From positions 45,029 to 109,028 of IMG/VR virus record IMGVR_UViG_3300021963_007714: a stretch of DNA of 64,000 bases; one strand, given 5' to 3'. Origin of the DNA: a virus. The notes beneath the pieces are model-generated. The model saw only the letters and a program-made list of their open reading frames with translations. It had not been told where the DNA came from and did not search any database. Shown one piece after another: positions 11,901-19,467 of this stretch. The stretch's first letter is position 1. Each line of letters opens with the position of its first letter. A program made the translations under genes and the position numbers.

Positions 11901-12067
11901 TAGGTAATAGTATATTAGGTGGTGGTGCTGCTCTAAGTCATCCAGCTAGTGATTTAAACAAGTACCCAGATGGTCCGGACATTCTAACACTATGTGCTCA
12001 AAATACTGGTGGTGTTACAACTAACAGTATTATTGCTCGTATTGGTTGGACAGAAGCTCAAGCTTAA
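8948..12067 (+). CDS. Virion structural protein (tail/baseplate-associated, beta-rich)
   Basis: 1039 aa, G/T/S-rich. Repeated 'VTVTT..HGL..GD.I.V' and 'VTVTTKFPHNL' modules typical of phage tail proteins. GAGGA SD and a downstream terminator. Confidence 0.65.
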   Translation: MAKHIIQESYTFTPGSNTIVLQNRFLRREQLVLITNVTTNTVIYNFADSALRATTFTTSIVANVETTTIVLNYNTSSMSSTDKLAILVEETNETFMPAEVYIDPVQKLRVSTPQSLIDTDFEYGVQPTKWETLNLMNNRPSGFYDPTAPVTITSVSGNGTRVVTVLLANTTGIIAGNPIYIQDTIDPNANGYFIIASVSTNVNFTYNAGANVTNGIIFDQTKTYVFNAIPYTGAGVAVTTTGGGSFVRSALNEVTVTTKDNHGLSVGDAIFVCNTTASSNPPNGAWFVRRTPTTNTFIYDTIADPTGTITAQASGSGLTVNTTVDASGRIIAVAVNAAGTLYAVGDIATISGGGGNARVKVTAIIPSATGSLVGAVNGVQVNQPGTGYSGASGVATTLNFSGGTLYVRPWGSAIHRPFDGGVYFTAGVPYHGNQLIRQTRRYFRYQSGKGIQFSTGSNMTSPFIVDNVTSSGSTVTVTTKFPHNLFTGANIRVSGCNESAYNGTFNVTFLTATTFSYTALSTPSASPATGSPTVQPNTWFGSFIRLGMFDNQNGFFFEYDGQALFACRRSSTNQLSGYVSALGTGEQSVTGVNSKWSSQLSPGDFIVVRGMSYTVVSIESDTAMTIYPDYRGTAIVPPTQLIISRTDTLRMQQNTWNIDKMDGTGESGFNIDINKMQMWYIDYTWYGAGAIRWGFRTQRGTVAYAHRLAHGNNMTEAYMRTGNLPARYEVSTIAPVTKLAATLSNSETGTITVASTTGFPNSGTLIINASGNTGAAIEYISYTGKTATTFTTLTRALTNLTGPQGLASGGGATTAQTFTFSATAPHSVSYFSPQCSNTISHWGSSVMMDGRFDDDKSIVFIAGMTTAYSNIGASVLVPLLSIRISPSVDSGLTGVIGARELVNRMQLVLRSAGIQTSGTNFLITGRLNARITGGTATSFTSAGGSSLAQVNYHASNNSVSGGEICFGAFTAPGVNVLDLSVVRDLGNSILGGGAALSHPASDLNKYPDGPDILTLCAQNTGGVTTNSIIARIGWTEAQA

Positions 12068-12086
12068 AAGCATAAGCATAGAAAAG

Positions 12087-12114
12087 AAGGCTGCTATACG
12101 CAGCCTTTCTTTTT
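12087..12114 (+). terminator. Rho-independent terminator
   Basis: AAGGCTGC-tatac-GCAGCCTT stem followed by a T-tract. Confidence 0.85.
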
Positions 12115-12129
12115 AATAAATATAAGATC

Positions 12130-15100
12130 ATGCGATTAGAAGACATCAAAGAAGGCAGCAGAGTTGATCATCAACATCAATTCAAAGAGATGTTTGCTAG
12201 ATTCCTACCTATTGCTATAGAAATTCTCAATCTAAAATCTCTGCCTGAATTTCACTTTGAAGCATTTTTAGATCATCCTCAACAACCTACCTTCGGTATG
12301 TATGTCAACGGTGAAAATAAATTGTATGTAGGCCTAAGTGGTCGTCATCCTAATGACATCTTTAGAACCATAGCACATGAATTAACTCACTACAAACAAG
12401 ACACTGAACACATGCTGGATGATCGCAGCGGCGAGACTGGTAGTCCTATTGAAAACCAAGCCAATGCCATGGCTGGTATCATCATGCGTCATTTTAACAA
12501 AACCTATCCTGACTATCTTCGCAGTAAACCTGTTATGGAAGATATTGATGTCACTGATGAAAGTCTCAAAGGTTTGGCTGCTGCTGGACTAATAGGTCTA
12601 GGCATGTTAGGTGGTCCCAAAGATGTAGCCAGTGGTAACCTACCACAAGACCTACAAAAGGCACAGCAGCAACACCGTGTTCAAATGGCTAAGAAACCTA
12701 TGGCCAAACCCGCAGCGACAAAACCAGCAGCAGCTAAACCTTTACCAGCTAAAGCGACCCCTTTGTTAAAAGTAGCCAAGGCTAATGGTATTAAAGGCGT
12801 AGAACTAGCACAGTTTTTGGCACAAATGGAACATGAAAGTCTTGACTTTAAGAAGATGAAGGAGTTAGGTAAATCGACCTACTTCAACAAATATGATCCA
12901 AAACATAACCCTAAATTAGCTAATAAATTAGGAAACAAATTCAAGGGTGACGGACTACAATTTAGAGGTCGTGGCTTTATACAATTAACAGGCAGAGAAA
13001 ACTATACACAGGCCAGTCGTGACATATTTGGTGATGATAGGTTAGTTAAGAAACCAGACCTAGCAGCACAGCCAGATATAGCAGCACGTATAGCAGTATG
13101 GTATTGGACTGATCGTGTGAAACCTTTGGTCAAAGACTTTTCAGATACTACTCGTGTTACAAAGATTATCAATGGTGGACTAAACGGACTTGAAGATAGA
13201 GAAAATAATTTCAGAGACTATATGGCCAGTCTTGGCCTAATGGAAAAATGGTCAATGAAGTATAAAAAGAGTATCAATTGCGCCAATCCCAAAGGGTTCA
13301 GTCAGCGTGCTCACTGTCAAGGTCGTAAGAAAACAGAAGATGTAGAACAAGATCCAGGAGATCCTATACCTTTTCCAGCAGGCACTACTTCGGTAGATGT
13401 TAGTGATCCCTATGATTGGTATAAACTAGGCATGGTAATAAGTGATCTAGATGATGCCAATCCTCAAGCATTTGGACGAGGTGGTCCCAGCACTGTGATT
13501 GCCTTTGGCAGTGAAGATGAAGAACATAGACTGCTGCCATACCTTAAAAGACTTGGACTTAAACTAAAAGACATTGACAAACCCAGTGACACTAGAAAAA
13601 TTGTGCCCGCCAAGGCTGTGTTAGACAAATTGGAAGAAGGTTTTAAACTAGACGAACTTAATATTAATCAAACGCTGGCCTTTATCAAACAGGCACATGG
13701 TGATCAACTCTATGGCAAACTGCCCTATTGGACCCATCCTCGTGCTGTAGCCATGACAGGCAAAAAGATCTTTGGCAACAAGTTTAATAGTGATGCTGTA
13801 AAGGTTGCCTTCTTACATGATGTGGTAGAAGATACTAATATAAGTATAGATGAATTAGGCAAGTTAGACTTTTCACCACAGGTCATTGAAGCAGTGAGCC
13901 TGCTGACAAAGAACAAGACATTGACCTATCGTCAAAATATAGAAAACATTATCAACAGCGGCAACCCTTTGGCCATGATGGTCAAATATGCTGACAACTA
14001 TGAAAACTATTCAGGTGATAAGAGCGACTGGGATTCTGCTCGAGCAGCCAGCAGTCAAAAGAAATACTTGATGAGCCTTAATATGTTAGGGAGTAAGTTA
14101 GGTGTAAAACATCACGAGCAAAATTTAAAAGAACTAGGAACTACACAATATAAAGTAACAGAACCTAGAGACATGGTCAACGTTGATTTTAGATCCAAGC
14201 AAATTACCTACAAAGTTTTTAAATTCAAAGTAGATAAGCAGGTATTTCTAATTGTGCTCACTGTAAAAGACCAGGCAATGCCGGGCTCTAAGAAAAAGGT
14301 TCCAACCCTAAATGTAGCGTTTGGTAGGCAAGATAAAAACGGTTGGGACGTTGACGATATTGACACTAACCTAACTGGTGATAATCAAAATCAATTTCAA
14401 ATCTATTCCACTGTGATCAAGGCCATACAAAAGTTTATTACTCAATTGAATCCTAATGTAGCACAAATTATAATAAAAGGAGACAATGAGAGACAACAGG
14501 TAATGTATGATAGATTTTTTAATTCACGCTACTTGGAGAAATTTTTTCCAGGTTGGCAATTAAACCCAACAACTAAAACTCTAATAAAAAATCAAAGTCA
14601 AAATTTAAAGGAACTTTTGGACCCTAAATTAGCCATAGATCTTGATTGGGCAGAGGGTAGTGATTATATTGCTGCCAGAGGTTATGTCACAGTGACTGAT
14701 CAATATGGCAACAAAGAAGATGTAGAATTAGAAGTAGAATTCGGGGAATTTCCACAAAGAAATCGTAAAGAATACGAAGTTCAATTTAAAGTAGGCGATA
14801 GTTATGATATAACAGGTGGTGGCAACGCTAATGTGATTTTTGCCACGGTTATACAGGCCTGTAAAGATTTCGTGGAAATGTATAAACCAGATCGATTATT
14901 CTTCACAGCAAAAGAGCAGTCTAGAGCAAGAATGTATGATACACTGACTAAACGTGTGGCCAAGCAGGTAGGATGGCACGTTATACCATTTGATGAAATA
15001 CAAAAGGATCCATTGTATAGAAATAACAGTGATAATGGGTTCGTGTTTGTCATAGGGAAAGGTGCTGCACCTGAAAAATGGTCCAGTGCTCAACAGCCAC

Positions 15101-15519
15101 AACACGGTAGTTTTATGCCTATTTTCTATGTATATAATGTAGATAAAGATACACCTACTGTGGCAGTTAAGGTTAGGGCCCCAAATAGGGAGACTGCTGT
15201 TCAGCACGCTATGAAAATAGAACCCAGTTTTAAAGATTTGGATTTAATGCAGATACACGCCTTGAACAGCCTACCCAAGCGTGAAGTCACTGATGTAATA
15301 GATGGTGGCACAGCAGAAGATCCTAGAAAGGTAGGAGAAAACTTTGCTGATGGTAAGAATCCACAGGATAAAGGTGATAGTGGTAGACACGGCATAAAAA
15401 AAGGTATTACAATAGCACAACTAAAAAAGATTAGATCCAGTGACTCAGCCAGTCCAAGAAAAAAGCAGTTGGCACACTGGCAGATCAATATGAGACAGGG
15501 GCGTAGTAAAAAAGGATAA
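12130..15519 (+). CDS. Multidomain polyprotein: HExxH metallopeptidase-like + GH19 lysozyme/chitinase + HD (RelA/SpoT-type hydrolase) + two related alpha/beta modules + basic C-terminal peptide
   Basis: AHELTH; GH19 motifs AQFLAQMEHES, RGRGFIQLTGRENY and INGGLNGLEDR; HD motifs PYWTHP, AFLHDVVEDT and VKYADNYEN. Modules are bounded by hydrophobic-x-Glu sites. Confidence 0.8.
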   Translation: MRLEDIKEGSRVDHQHQFKEMFARFLPIAIEILNLKSLPEFHFEAFLDHPQQPTFGMYVNGENKLYVGLSGRHPNDIFRTIAHELTHYKQDTEHMLDDRSGETGSPIENQANAMAGIIMRHFNKTYPDYLRSKPVMEDIDVTDESLKGLAAAGLIGLGMLGGPKDVASGNLPQDLQKAQQQHRVQMAKKPMAKPAATKPAAAKPLPAKATPLLKVAKANGIKGVELAQFLAQMEHESLDFKKMKELGKSTYFNKYDPKHNPKLANKLGNKFKGDGLQFRGRGFIQLTGRENYTQASRDIFGDDRLVKKPDLAAQPDIAARIAVWYWTDRVKPLVKDFSDTTRVTKIINGGLNGLEDRENNFRDYMASLGLMEKWSMKYKKSINCANPKGFSQRAHCQGRKKTEDVEQDPGDPIPFPAGTTSVDVSDPYDWYKLGMVISDLDDANPQAFGRGGPSTVIAFGSEDEEHRLLPYLKRLGLKLKDIDKPSDTRKIVPAKAVLDKLEEGFKLDELNINQTLAFIKQAHGDQLYGKLPYWTHPRAVAMTGKKIFGNKFNSDAVKVAFLHDVVEDTNISIDELGKLDFSPQVIEAVSLLTKNKTLTYRQNIENIINSGNPLAMMVKYADNYENYSGDKSDWDSARAASSQKKYLMSLNMLGSKLGVKHHEQNLKELGTTQYKVTEPRDMVNVDFRSKQITYKVFKFKVDKQVFLIVLTVKDQAMPGSKKKVPTLNVAFGRQDKNGWDVDDIDTNLTGDNQNQFQIYSTVIKAIQKFITQLNPNVAQIIIKGDNERQQVMYDRFFNSRYLEKFFPGWQLNPTTKTLIKNQSQNLKELLDPKLAIDLDWAEGSDYIAARGYVTVTDQYGNKEDVELEVEFGEFPQRNRKEYEVQFKVGDSYDITGGGNANVIFATVIQACKDFVEMYKPDRLFFTAKEQSRARMYDTLTKRVAKQVGWHVIPFDEIQKDPLYRNNSDNGFVFVIGKGAAPEKWSSAQQPQHGSFMPIFYVYNVDKDTPTVAVKVRAPNRETAVQHAMKIEPSFKDLDLMQIHALNSLPKREVTDVIDGGTAEDPRKVGENFADGKNPQDKGDSGRHGIKKGITIAQLKKIRSSDSASPRKKQLAHWQINMRQGRSKKG

Positions 15520-15521
15520 CG

Positions 15522-15734
15522 ATGTTTCTAAATACCATAGCAGTAATTTTTATTACGTATGCCATTTTAATTTTATTTTCAACCAAAGACGGAATTAGCA
15601 AGCAGGTAAGACAAGCCCTGGGCCCAGAAGATTTGGAAAGACTTCAAACTGAGCTCGACTATCGCGAATATTGGGCTGTTTTATTATTCCTATTTGGTTT
15701 ATTAATCTTACTACCTAAATTAATAATGTGGTAA
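15522..15734 (+). CDS. Small two-TM membrane protein
   Basis: 70 aa with two hydrophobic segments and an AAGGA SD. Confidence 0.55.
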   Translation: MFLNTIAVIFITYAILILFSTKDGISKQVRQALGPEDLERLQTELDYREYWAVLLFLFGLLILLPKLIMW

Positions 15735-15756
15735 AAAAAGGGCCTTATGGCCCTTT
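15733..15756. terminator. Bidirectional terminator between convergent genes
   Basis: A7-GGGCC-ttat-GGCCC-TTT. Confidence 0.8.
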
Positions 15757-15775
15757 AAATCTCTATGAGATAGGT

Positions 15776-16063
15776 TTATCTTCTGCCGCCTGCAGCATTA
15801 ACAAATTGATACATTTTTTCAGCAGTCTCTAGAACTTTGTCTAGTCCCGGGAACTCAGGCATACCAACTGATGTTACAATCTGACCTGTCTTTTCGTCAC
15901 GTTTGACAGAGCTTTCCCAACCTTGCCATTTGTAGGTATATTCAGCTTGGACAAGATCTTTTGCCATGGCTAGGATGTCGGTGCGGATTTCATATCCGTT
16001 CTTATTGAACTTTACTTCGGGCATTTTTAATTCTGGTAAAATACGATCTGAATTAGACATCAT
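15776..16063 (-). CDS. Hypothetical phage protein (KNGYEIRTDIL motif)
   Basis: Start reassigned to the ATG at 16063, which has an AAGGAGA SD. Confidence 0.7.
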   Translation of the reverse strand: MMSNSDRILPELKMPEVKFNKNGYEIRTDILAMAKDLVQAEYTYKWQGWESSVKRDEKTGQIVTSVGMPEFPGLDKVLETAEKMYQFVNAAGGRR

Positions 16064-16092
16064 TTTCTCCTTATGTGTGTATGTCTTTATTG

Positions 16093-16383
16093 TTAGGATT
16101 TTTGTGCTGCACGACTTTGCGCAGACCAGGCATCCCAACCTGCCTTGAACCAGTCAATGCTAAAAGGATTGACCAATTTTTCTACTTTGGTATGTAAAAT
16201 TTCTCTGCCACATGTTGATATAATATTGCTTGTGGCTTCTATAGCAGAGTGCAAAAATTTAGTTTGTGCATCTATATAGATAATCATGTCTGCTTTGATA
16301 TCTTGATGACGCACATATTTTTCTACAAATTGTCGCTTGGCATTCTGCATGCTGTCGATAAACAGTAAAGGTTGATTAAACAT
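16093..16383 (-). CDS. Helical hypothetical protein
   Basis: Start reassigned to the ATG at 16383 (GGGAGA SD). An upstream TTGACA...TATACT/TACTAT promoter lies on the minus strand. Confidence 0.65.
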   Translation of the reverse strand: MFNQPLLFIDSMQNAKRQFVEKYVRHQDIKADMIIYIDAQTKFLHSAIEATSNIISTCGREILHTKVEKLVNPFSIDWFKAGWDAWSAQSRAAQKS

Positions 16384-16417
16384 TGTTGTCTCCCTGTGTG
16401 TATAATAGTATACGGTG

Positions 16418-16564
16418 TTATTTATATATGTCAATAGATCTTGGCTTAAAATTTATTCTAGTAAAATCCCATTCCTCACCTAAAACCGGTTTACGTTCTA
16501 ACATTTCGTCAATAGCCACTACCATTAATAAAAAAGCAAATATCATTATTGAAGTTATAATCAT
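16418..16564 (-). CDS. Small membrane protein (48 aa, below the ORF-track cutoff)
   Basis: MIITSIMIFAFLLMVVAIDEML..., with an ATGA overlap on the upstream ORF. Confidence 0.5.
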   Translation of the reverse strand: MIITSIMIFAFLLMVVAIDEMLERKPVLGEEWDFTRINFKPRSIDIYK

Positions 16565-16668
16565 TTGTTCATTAACCTCACAGCACTTTGCCACTTACCA
16601 CGGCGAGTTAGGTGACTGGCCAATAGTCCAGAGCACCATACATCATAAATCAACTTTAATATTTTCAT
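16561..16668 (-). CDS. Small protein (35 aa)
   Basis: MKILKLIYDVWCSGLLASHLTRRGKWQSAVRLMNK; AAGGAG SD and ATGA coupling on both sides. Confidence 0.6.
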   Translation of the reverse strand: MKILKLIYDVWCSGLLASHLTRRGKWQSAVRLMNK

Positions 16669-16778
16669 TGCCATGCTCCTTTATTATGGGTGGTCATATA
16701 TCTACGGGCACGAGCTCGGCCGCTGGCTTCTAGGACTAGAAATATTTTGTGAAATACTGCTAAGATATAGGTAATCAT
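16665..16778 (-). CDS. Small Arg-rich protein (37 aa)
   Basis: MITYILAVFHKIFLVLEASGRARARRYMTTHNKGAWQ; AAGGA SD. Confidence 0.6.
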   Translation of the reverse strand: MITYILAVFHKIFLVLEASGRARARRYMTTHNKGAWQ

Positions 16779-16782
16779 TTTA

Positions 16783-16953
16783 TTATTCCTTATGGGATTT
16801 GTATTCATACTCTTTCATATAATTTTCAAGAGTGGCTGCATCTGTAATGCTTTTTGTGCTTAAATATTGATCCAGTCTGCTCTGGTAAGAATCAGATGGA
16901 AACATCTCAGCAAGGCGCTCAAGGATATTGAGCATTATAGTTGATATAGACAT
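16783..16953 (-). CDS. Small protein (56 aa), DUF3563-like
   Basis: MSISTIMLNILERLAEMFPSDSYQSRLDQYLSTKSITDAATLENYMKEYEY...; TAGGAGA SD. The LD.YL...S..D...LE pattern recalls DUF3563 (family call tentative). Confidence 0.6.
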   Translation of the reverse strand: MSISTIMLNILERLAEMFPSDSYQSRLDQYLSTKSITDAATLENYMKEYEYKSHKE

Positions 16954-17078
16954 TTGTTATATTTCTCCTATATGTATATGTGTATATGATTATATTTAGC
17001 GCAGTTTTTGTTGCGATGCCACATTATAAATGTTTTTTTAATCAGTGTCTAGCGATAAATAGTTTTGGAGAACTAAAA

Positions 17079-17336
17079 TTGAAAAAAGTTACTAAAAGCT
17101 TATTAGAAGAACTTAATAGTATATCTTCAAAGCGTGATAAAGAAGCTATAATAGAAAGTCGTGCTACCCATGTCATCAATAGTGCCATCAATCTGTTGCA
17201 GTTGATAAAAGAAAATTATAATGAAACTGACGCAGGTGAATTAGAAAGAAGATTATTAAACAGCATAAAAGGGTCGGATCCTAATAAGTTTTCTAGAGGT
17301 ATTAGAAAGTTGAAAGAAACAAAAGCTAGGCAATGA
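17079..17336 (+). CDS. Hypothetical phage protein
   Basis: Likely TTG start at 17079 after a GGAG SD and a GATAAATA promoter; helical (KSLLEEL...LERRLLNSIK). Confidence 0.6.
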   Translation: MKKVTKSLLEELNSISSKRDKEAIIESRATHVINSAINLLQLIKENYNETDAGELERRLLNSIKGSDPNKFSRGIRKLKETKARQ

Positions 17337-17410
17337 GTTATTTTTATTACAACTGGAATAAATAAACATATTAGCATCACGGAATGCTTGCCAATTAAGG
17401 AGAAATTAAA

Positions 17411-17818
17411 ATGGCTGAGTTAGTTAAAAAGAATGAATCTGTAGCACTTCCTTTGTTCAAGAATGGTGTTAGCCTACAGTTTTTCAAAGTTACATTTGCA
17501 TCAGACGTTAGCGCAAAGCTTGCTGCTACTACTGCTGGTGTTAAGAGCCCAGTAGTACAGGCTTTAGAAGCAATTCAAGCTCGTGTAAGCGTTGAAGTTA
17601 TGGCCCCATTACAAACAGGTGGTACAGTATTACCTATCGCCGTAGCTGCGATTGGTGGTGATTACCCAAGTGATAACTATGATGGTACAAGTGGTAACGA
17701 AACACTAGCTGCTTATCTACAGACATTAGTTCAGGCTGCTGGTACAACTACAGGTTCTTTACAAAGCGTAGCAAATACAGCAACAACTGTTCTAGCAGGT
17801 TGGCCAGCACTGGCTTAA
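17411..17818 (+). CDS. Probable abundant virion structural protein (135 aa)
   Basis: Own TAAATA promoter, strong AAGGAGA SD and own terminator; Ala/Thr/Val-rich. Confidence 0.55.
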   Translation: MAELVKKNESVALPLFKNGVSLQFFKVTFASDVSAKLAATTAGVKSPVVQALEAIQARVSVEVMAPLQTGGTVLPIAVAAIGGDYPSDNYDGTSGNETLAAYLQTLVQAAGTTTGSLQSVANTATTVLAGWPALA

Positions 17819-17837
17819 TTTTGCTCATGAGCAATTC

Positions 17838-17861
17838 AAAAGCGGCTTCGGCCGCTTTTTT
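17838..17861 (+). terminator. Rho-independent terminator (UUCG loop)
   Basis: AAAAGCGGC-ttcg-GCCGCTTTTTT. Confidence 0.9.
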
Positions 17862-17865
17862 GTGC

Positions 17866-17873
17866 TATAAATA
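17866..17873 (+). promoter_or_regulatory. T4-type late promoter TATAAATA
   Basis: Exact consensus immediately after a terminator. The same element recurs at 19438, 30874, 39141, 41791, 43602 and 48909, with variants at 12115, 22155, 36639, 40640 and 59066. Confidence 0.75.
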
Positions 17874-17894
17874 TCGTAAAATAGGTATTTAATT

Positions 17895-18320
17895 ATGCAC
17901 ACAGTAGAAATACAAACTCTAATTGACATAACAGAAACTGGCGTAAATCGTCCTCATAGAGATCGTATGAAGGAATATGACCAGCAGAGAAATTTTATAA
18001 CTTTGAAACAATGCCTAGAACTACGTTCTAATATAAGTTATACAATAGATCCTGTTATGGAAATAAAAGATGTAAAAGGCCTAGAATTTGGATCGAAATA
18101 CAAGGGAAAACAGGCTATATGGACGTTTAGATTTTCAACTGATAGAAGTAATGTGTACACGGACGATTATGATGAATTAGGATTATTAATTAATGATTTA
18201 CATGGAGTTCCTATTATTCAAAATCTTACCGAATCGATAAATATTGAAAAGCCCATATTCGATTTAAAGAATTTGGAATACAAAAATACACTCATTAAGG
18301 CACTTAAAGGCATTTTTTAG
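17895..18320 (+). CDS. Hypothetical phage protein
   Basis: 141-aa ORF downstream of a late promoter. Confidence 0.65.
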   Translation: MHTVEIQTLIDITETGVNRPHRDRMKEYDQQRNFITLKQCLELRSNISYTIDPVMEIKDVKGLEFGSKYKGKQAIWTFRFSTDRSNVYTDDYDELGLLINDLHGVPIIQNLTESINIEKPIFDLKNLEYKNTLIKALKGIF

Positions 18321-18350
18321 GCATCGCAGTATTATATCTAGGAGAGTTAA

Positions 18351-18587
18351 GTGTCTGGACCAACAGATATTGAAAAAGAAAATCTTGAGGCACATGTAGA
18401 ACTTTGTGCTGTCAGATATAAAGAAATAGAAAATAGATTAAGTGCGATTGAGGGCAGTGTTTCTAGCCTCAAAAAAACTGTAGAAGAAAGCCACATGAAT
18501 ACTATTAAAGTTTTAATAGGAACAGCTGGCACAGTAGTTGCCAGTGTGTTAGGTGTTTTAGTTGTCGTTCTACAGAAAATGTCATGA
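18351..18587 (+). CDS. Coiled-coil protein with C-terminal TM (XhlA/holin-like architecture)
   Basis: LEAHVELCAVRYKEIENRL coiled coil followed by a hydrophobic tail; GTG start with GGAG SD. Confidence 0.55.
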   Translation: MSGPTDIEKENLEAHVELCAVRYKEIENRLSAIEGSVSSLKKTVEESHMNTIKVLIGTAGTVVASVLGVLVVVLQKMS

Positions 18588-18970
18588 AAATACAAGAGCT
18601 ATTAGGCGAACAAACCATAGGAACTTCAGGCTCTACTACAGGACCGGTAGGAACTGTATCACAGGTTAGTCAAAAACCCAGTGATAAACCTATGACCGCT
18701 ACTAGCACACAACAAGACTCAACTACAAAAAATCTAGACAATCTATTAAAACAAAATCAAATCAATGTGAAAAATACAGATGATTTTTTAAGAGCTTTTG
18801 ACGCCATACAACAAAAGCAACCTATCAATAATCTTCCACCTGAGCAACAAAAGGCCATAGGTGACTATACCAAAGCTACTATTAATCGTCCTGGTTTACC
18901 TACACAAATGGCTTCTATAATGAAGTCTATAAAAACTGCTAATACAAACAACACAGCTAAACCTGCTTGA
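18584..18970 (+). CDS. Hypothetical protein with putative capsid-targeting leader
   Basis: N-terminus MKIQELLGE; low-complexity Q/T/N body. Confidence 0.55.
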   Translation: MKIQELLGEQTIGTSGSTTGPVGTVSQVSQKPSDKPMTATSTQQDSTTKNLDNLLKQNQINVKNTDDFLRAFDAIQQKQPINNLPPEQQKAIGDYTKATINRPGLPTQMASIMKSIKTANTNNTAKPA

Positions 18971-18971
18971 T

Positions 18972-19442
18972 ATGAAATCTATTCCAACTAATCTAGTTCA
19001 TGAGCTTTCTATTATCAAACAGAATGTCAAGCGTGAACTAAAAAAGAAAGGTATGGTCCCCGCCAGAACTACCAAGGATGGTAATGTTCAGGTAGGAAAT
19101 TATGTAATCGAAAAAGATTCAAATGATCTTTTTCTAATCAAAGATATTGACGGCATATCTTTATATGAAAAAATTAATCTGGCACAATCTGCTATAATAT
19201 TGGCTAATAATCTAGCTCTTGGTATTAAAACAACACATGATATTTTATTCTACGACAATTATTATGGGCATTATCTCTTTAGTGAACAACATTGTAAACA
19301 TCTTTATGATAAATCCAGAGCTAGAAAAGATTATGACCAGGCAGAAATAGTGTTTGAAAAATTAACTACTTCTAGGTTAAAGAAGAAATATTACTACAAT
19401 ATTATTACGTCAGGATTTGATAAACTGATGAAAATAGTATAA
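18972..19442 (+). CDS. Hypothetical phage protein
   Basis: 156-aa ORF in the operon. Confidence 0.6.
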   Translation: MKSIPTNLVHELSIIKQNVKRELKKKGMVPARTTKDGNVQVGNYVIEKDSNDLFLIKDIDGISLYEKINLAQSAIILANNLALGIKTTHDILFYDNYYGHYLFSEQHCKHLYDKSRARKDYDQAEIVFEKLTTSRLKKKYYYNIITSGFDKLMKIV

Positions 19443-19467
19443 ATAAATGAAATAATTTGGAATAATC

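Noticed and set aside
16383-16733. Plus-strand 116-aa ORF and most short antisense ORFs in the track
   Set aside because: They are shadows of better-supported genes on the other strand or frame and lack SDs and motifs.
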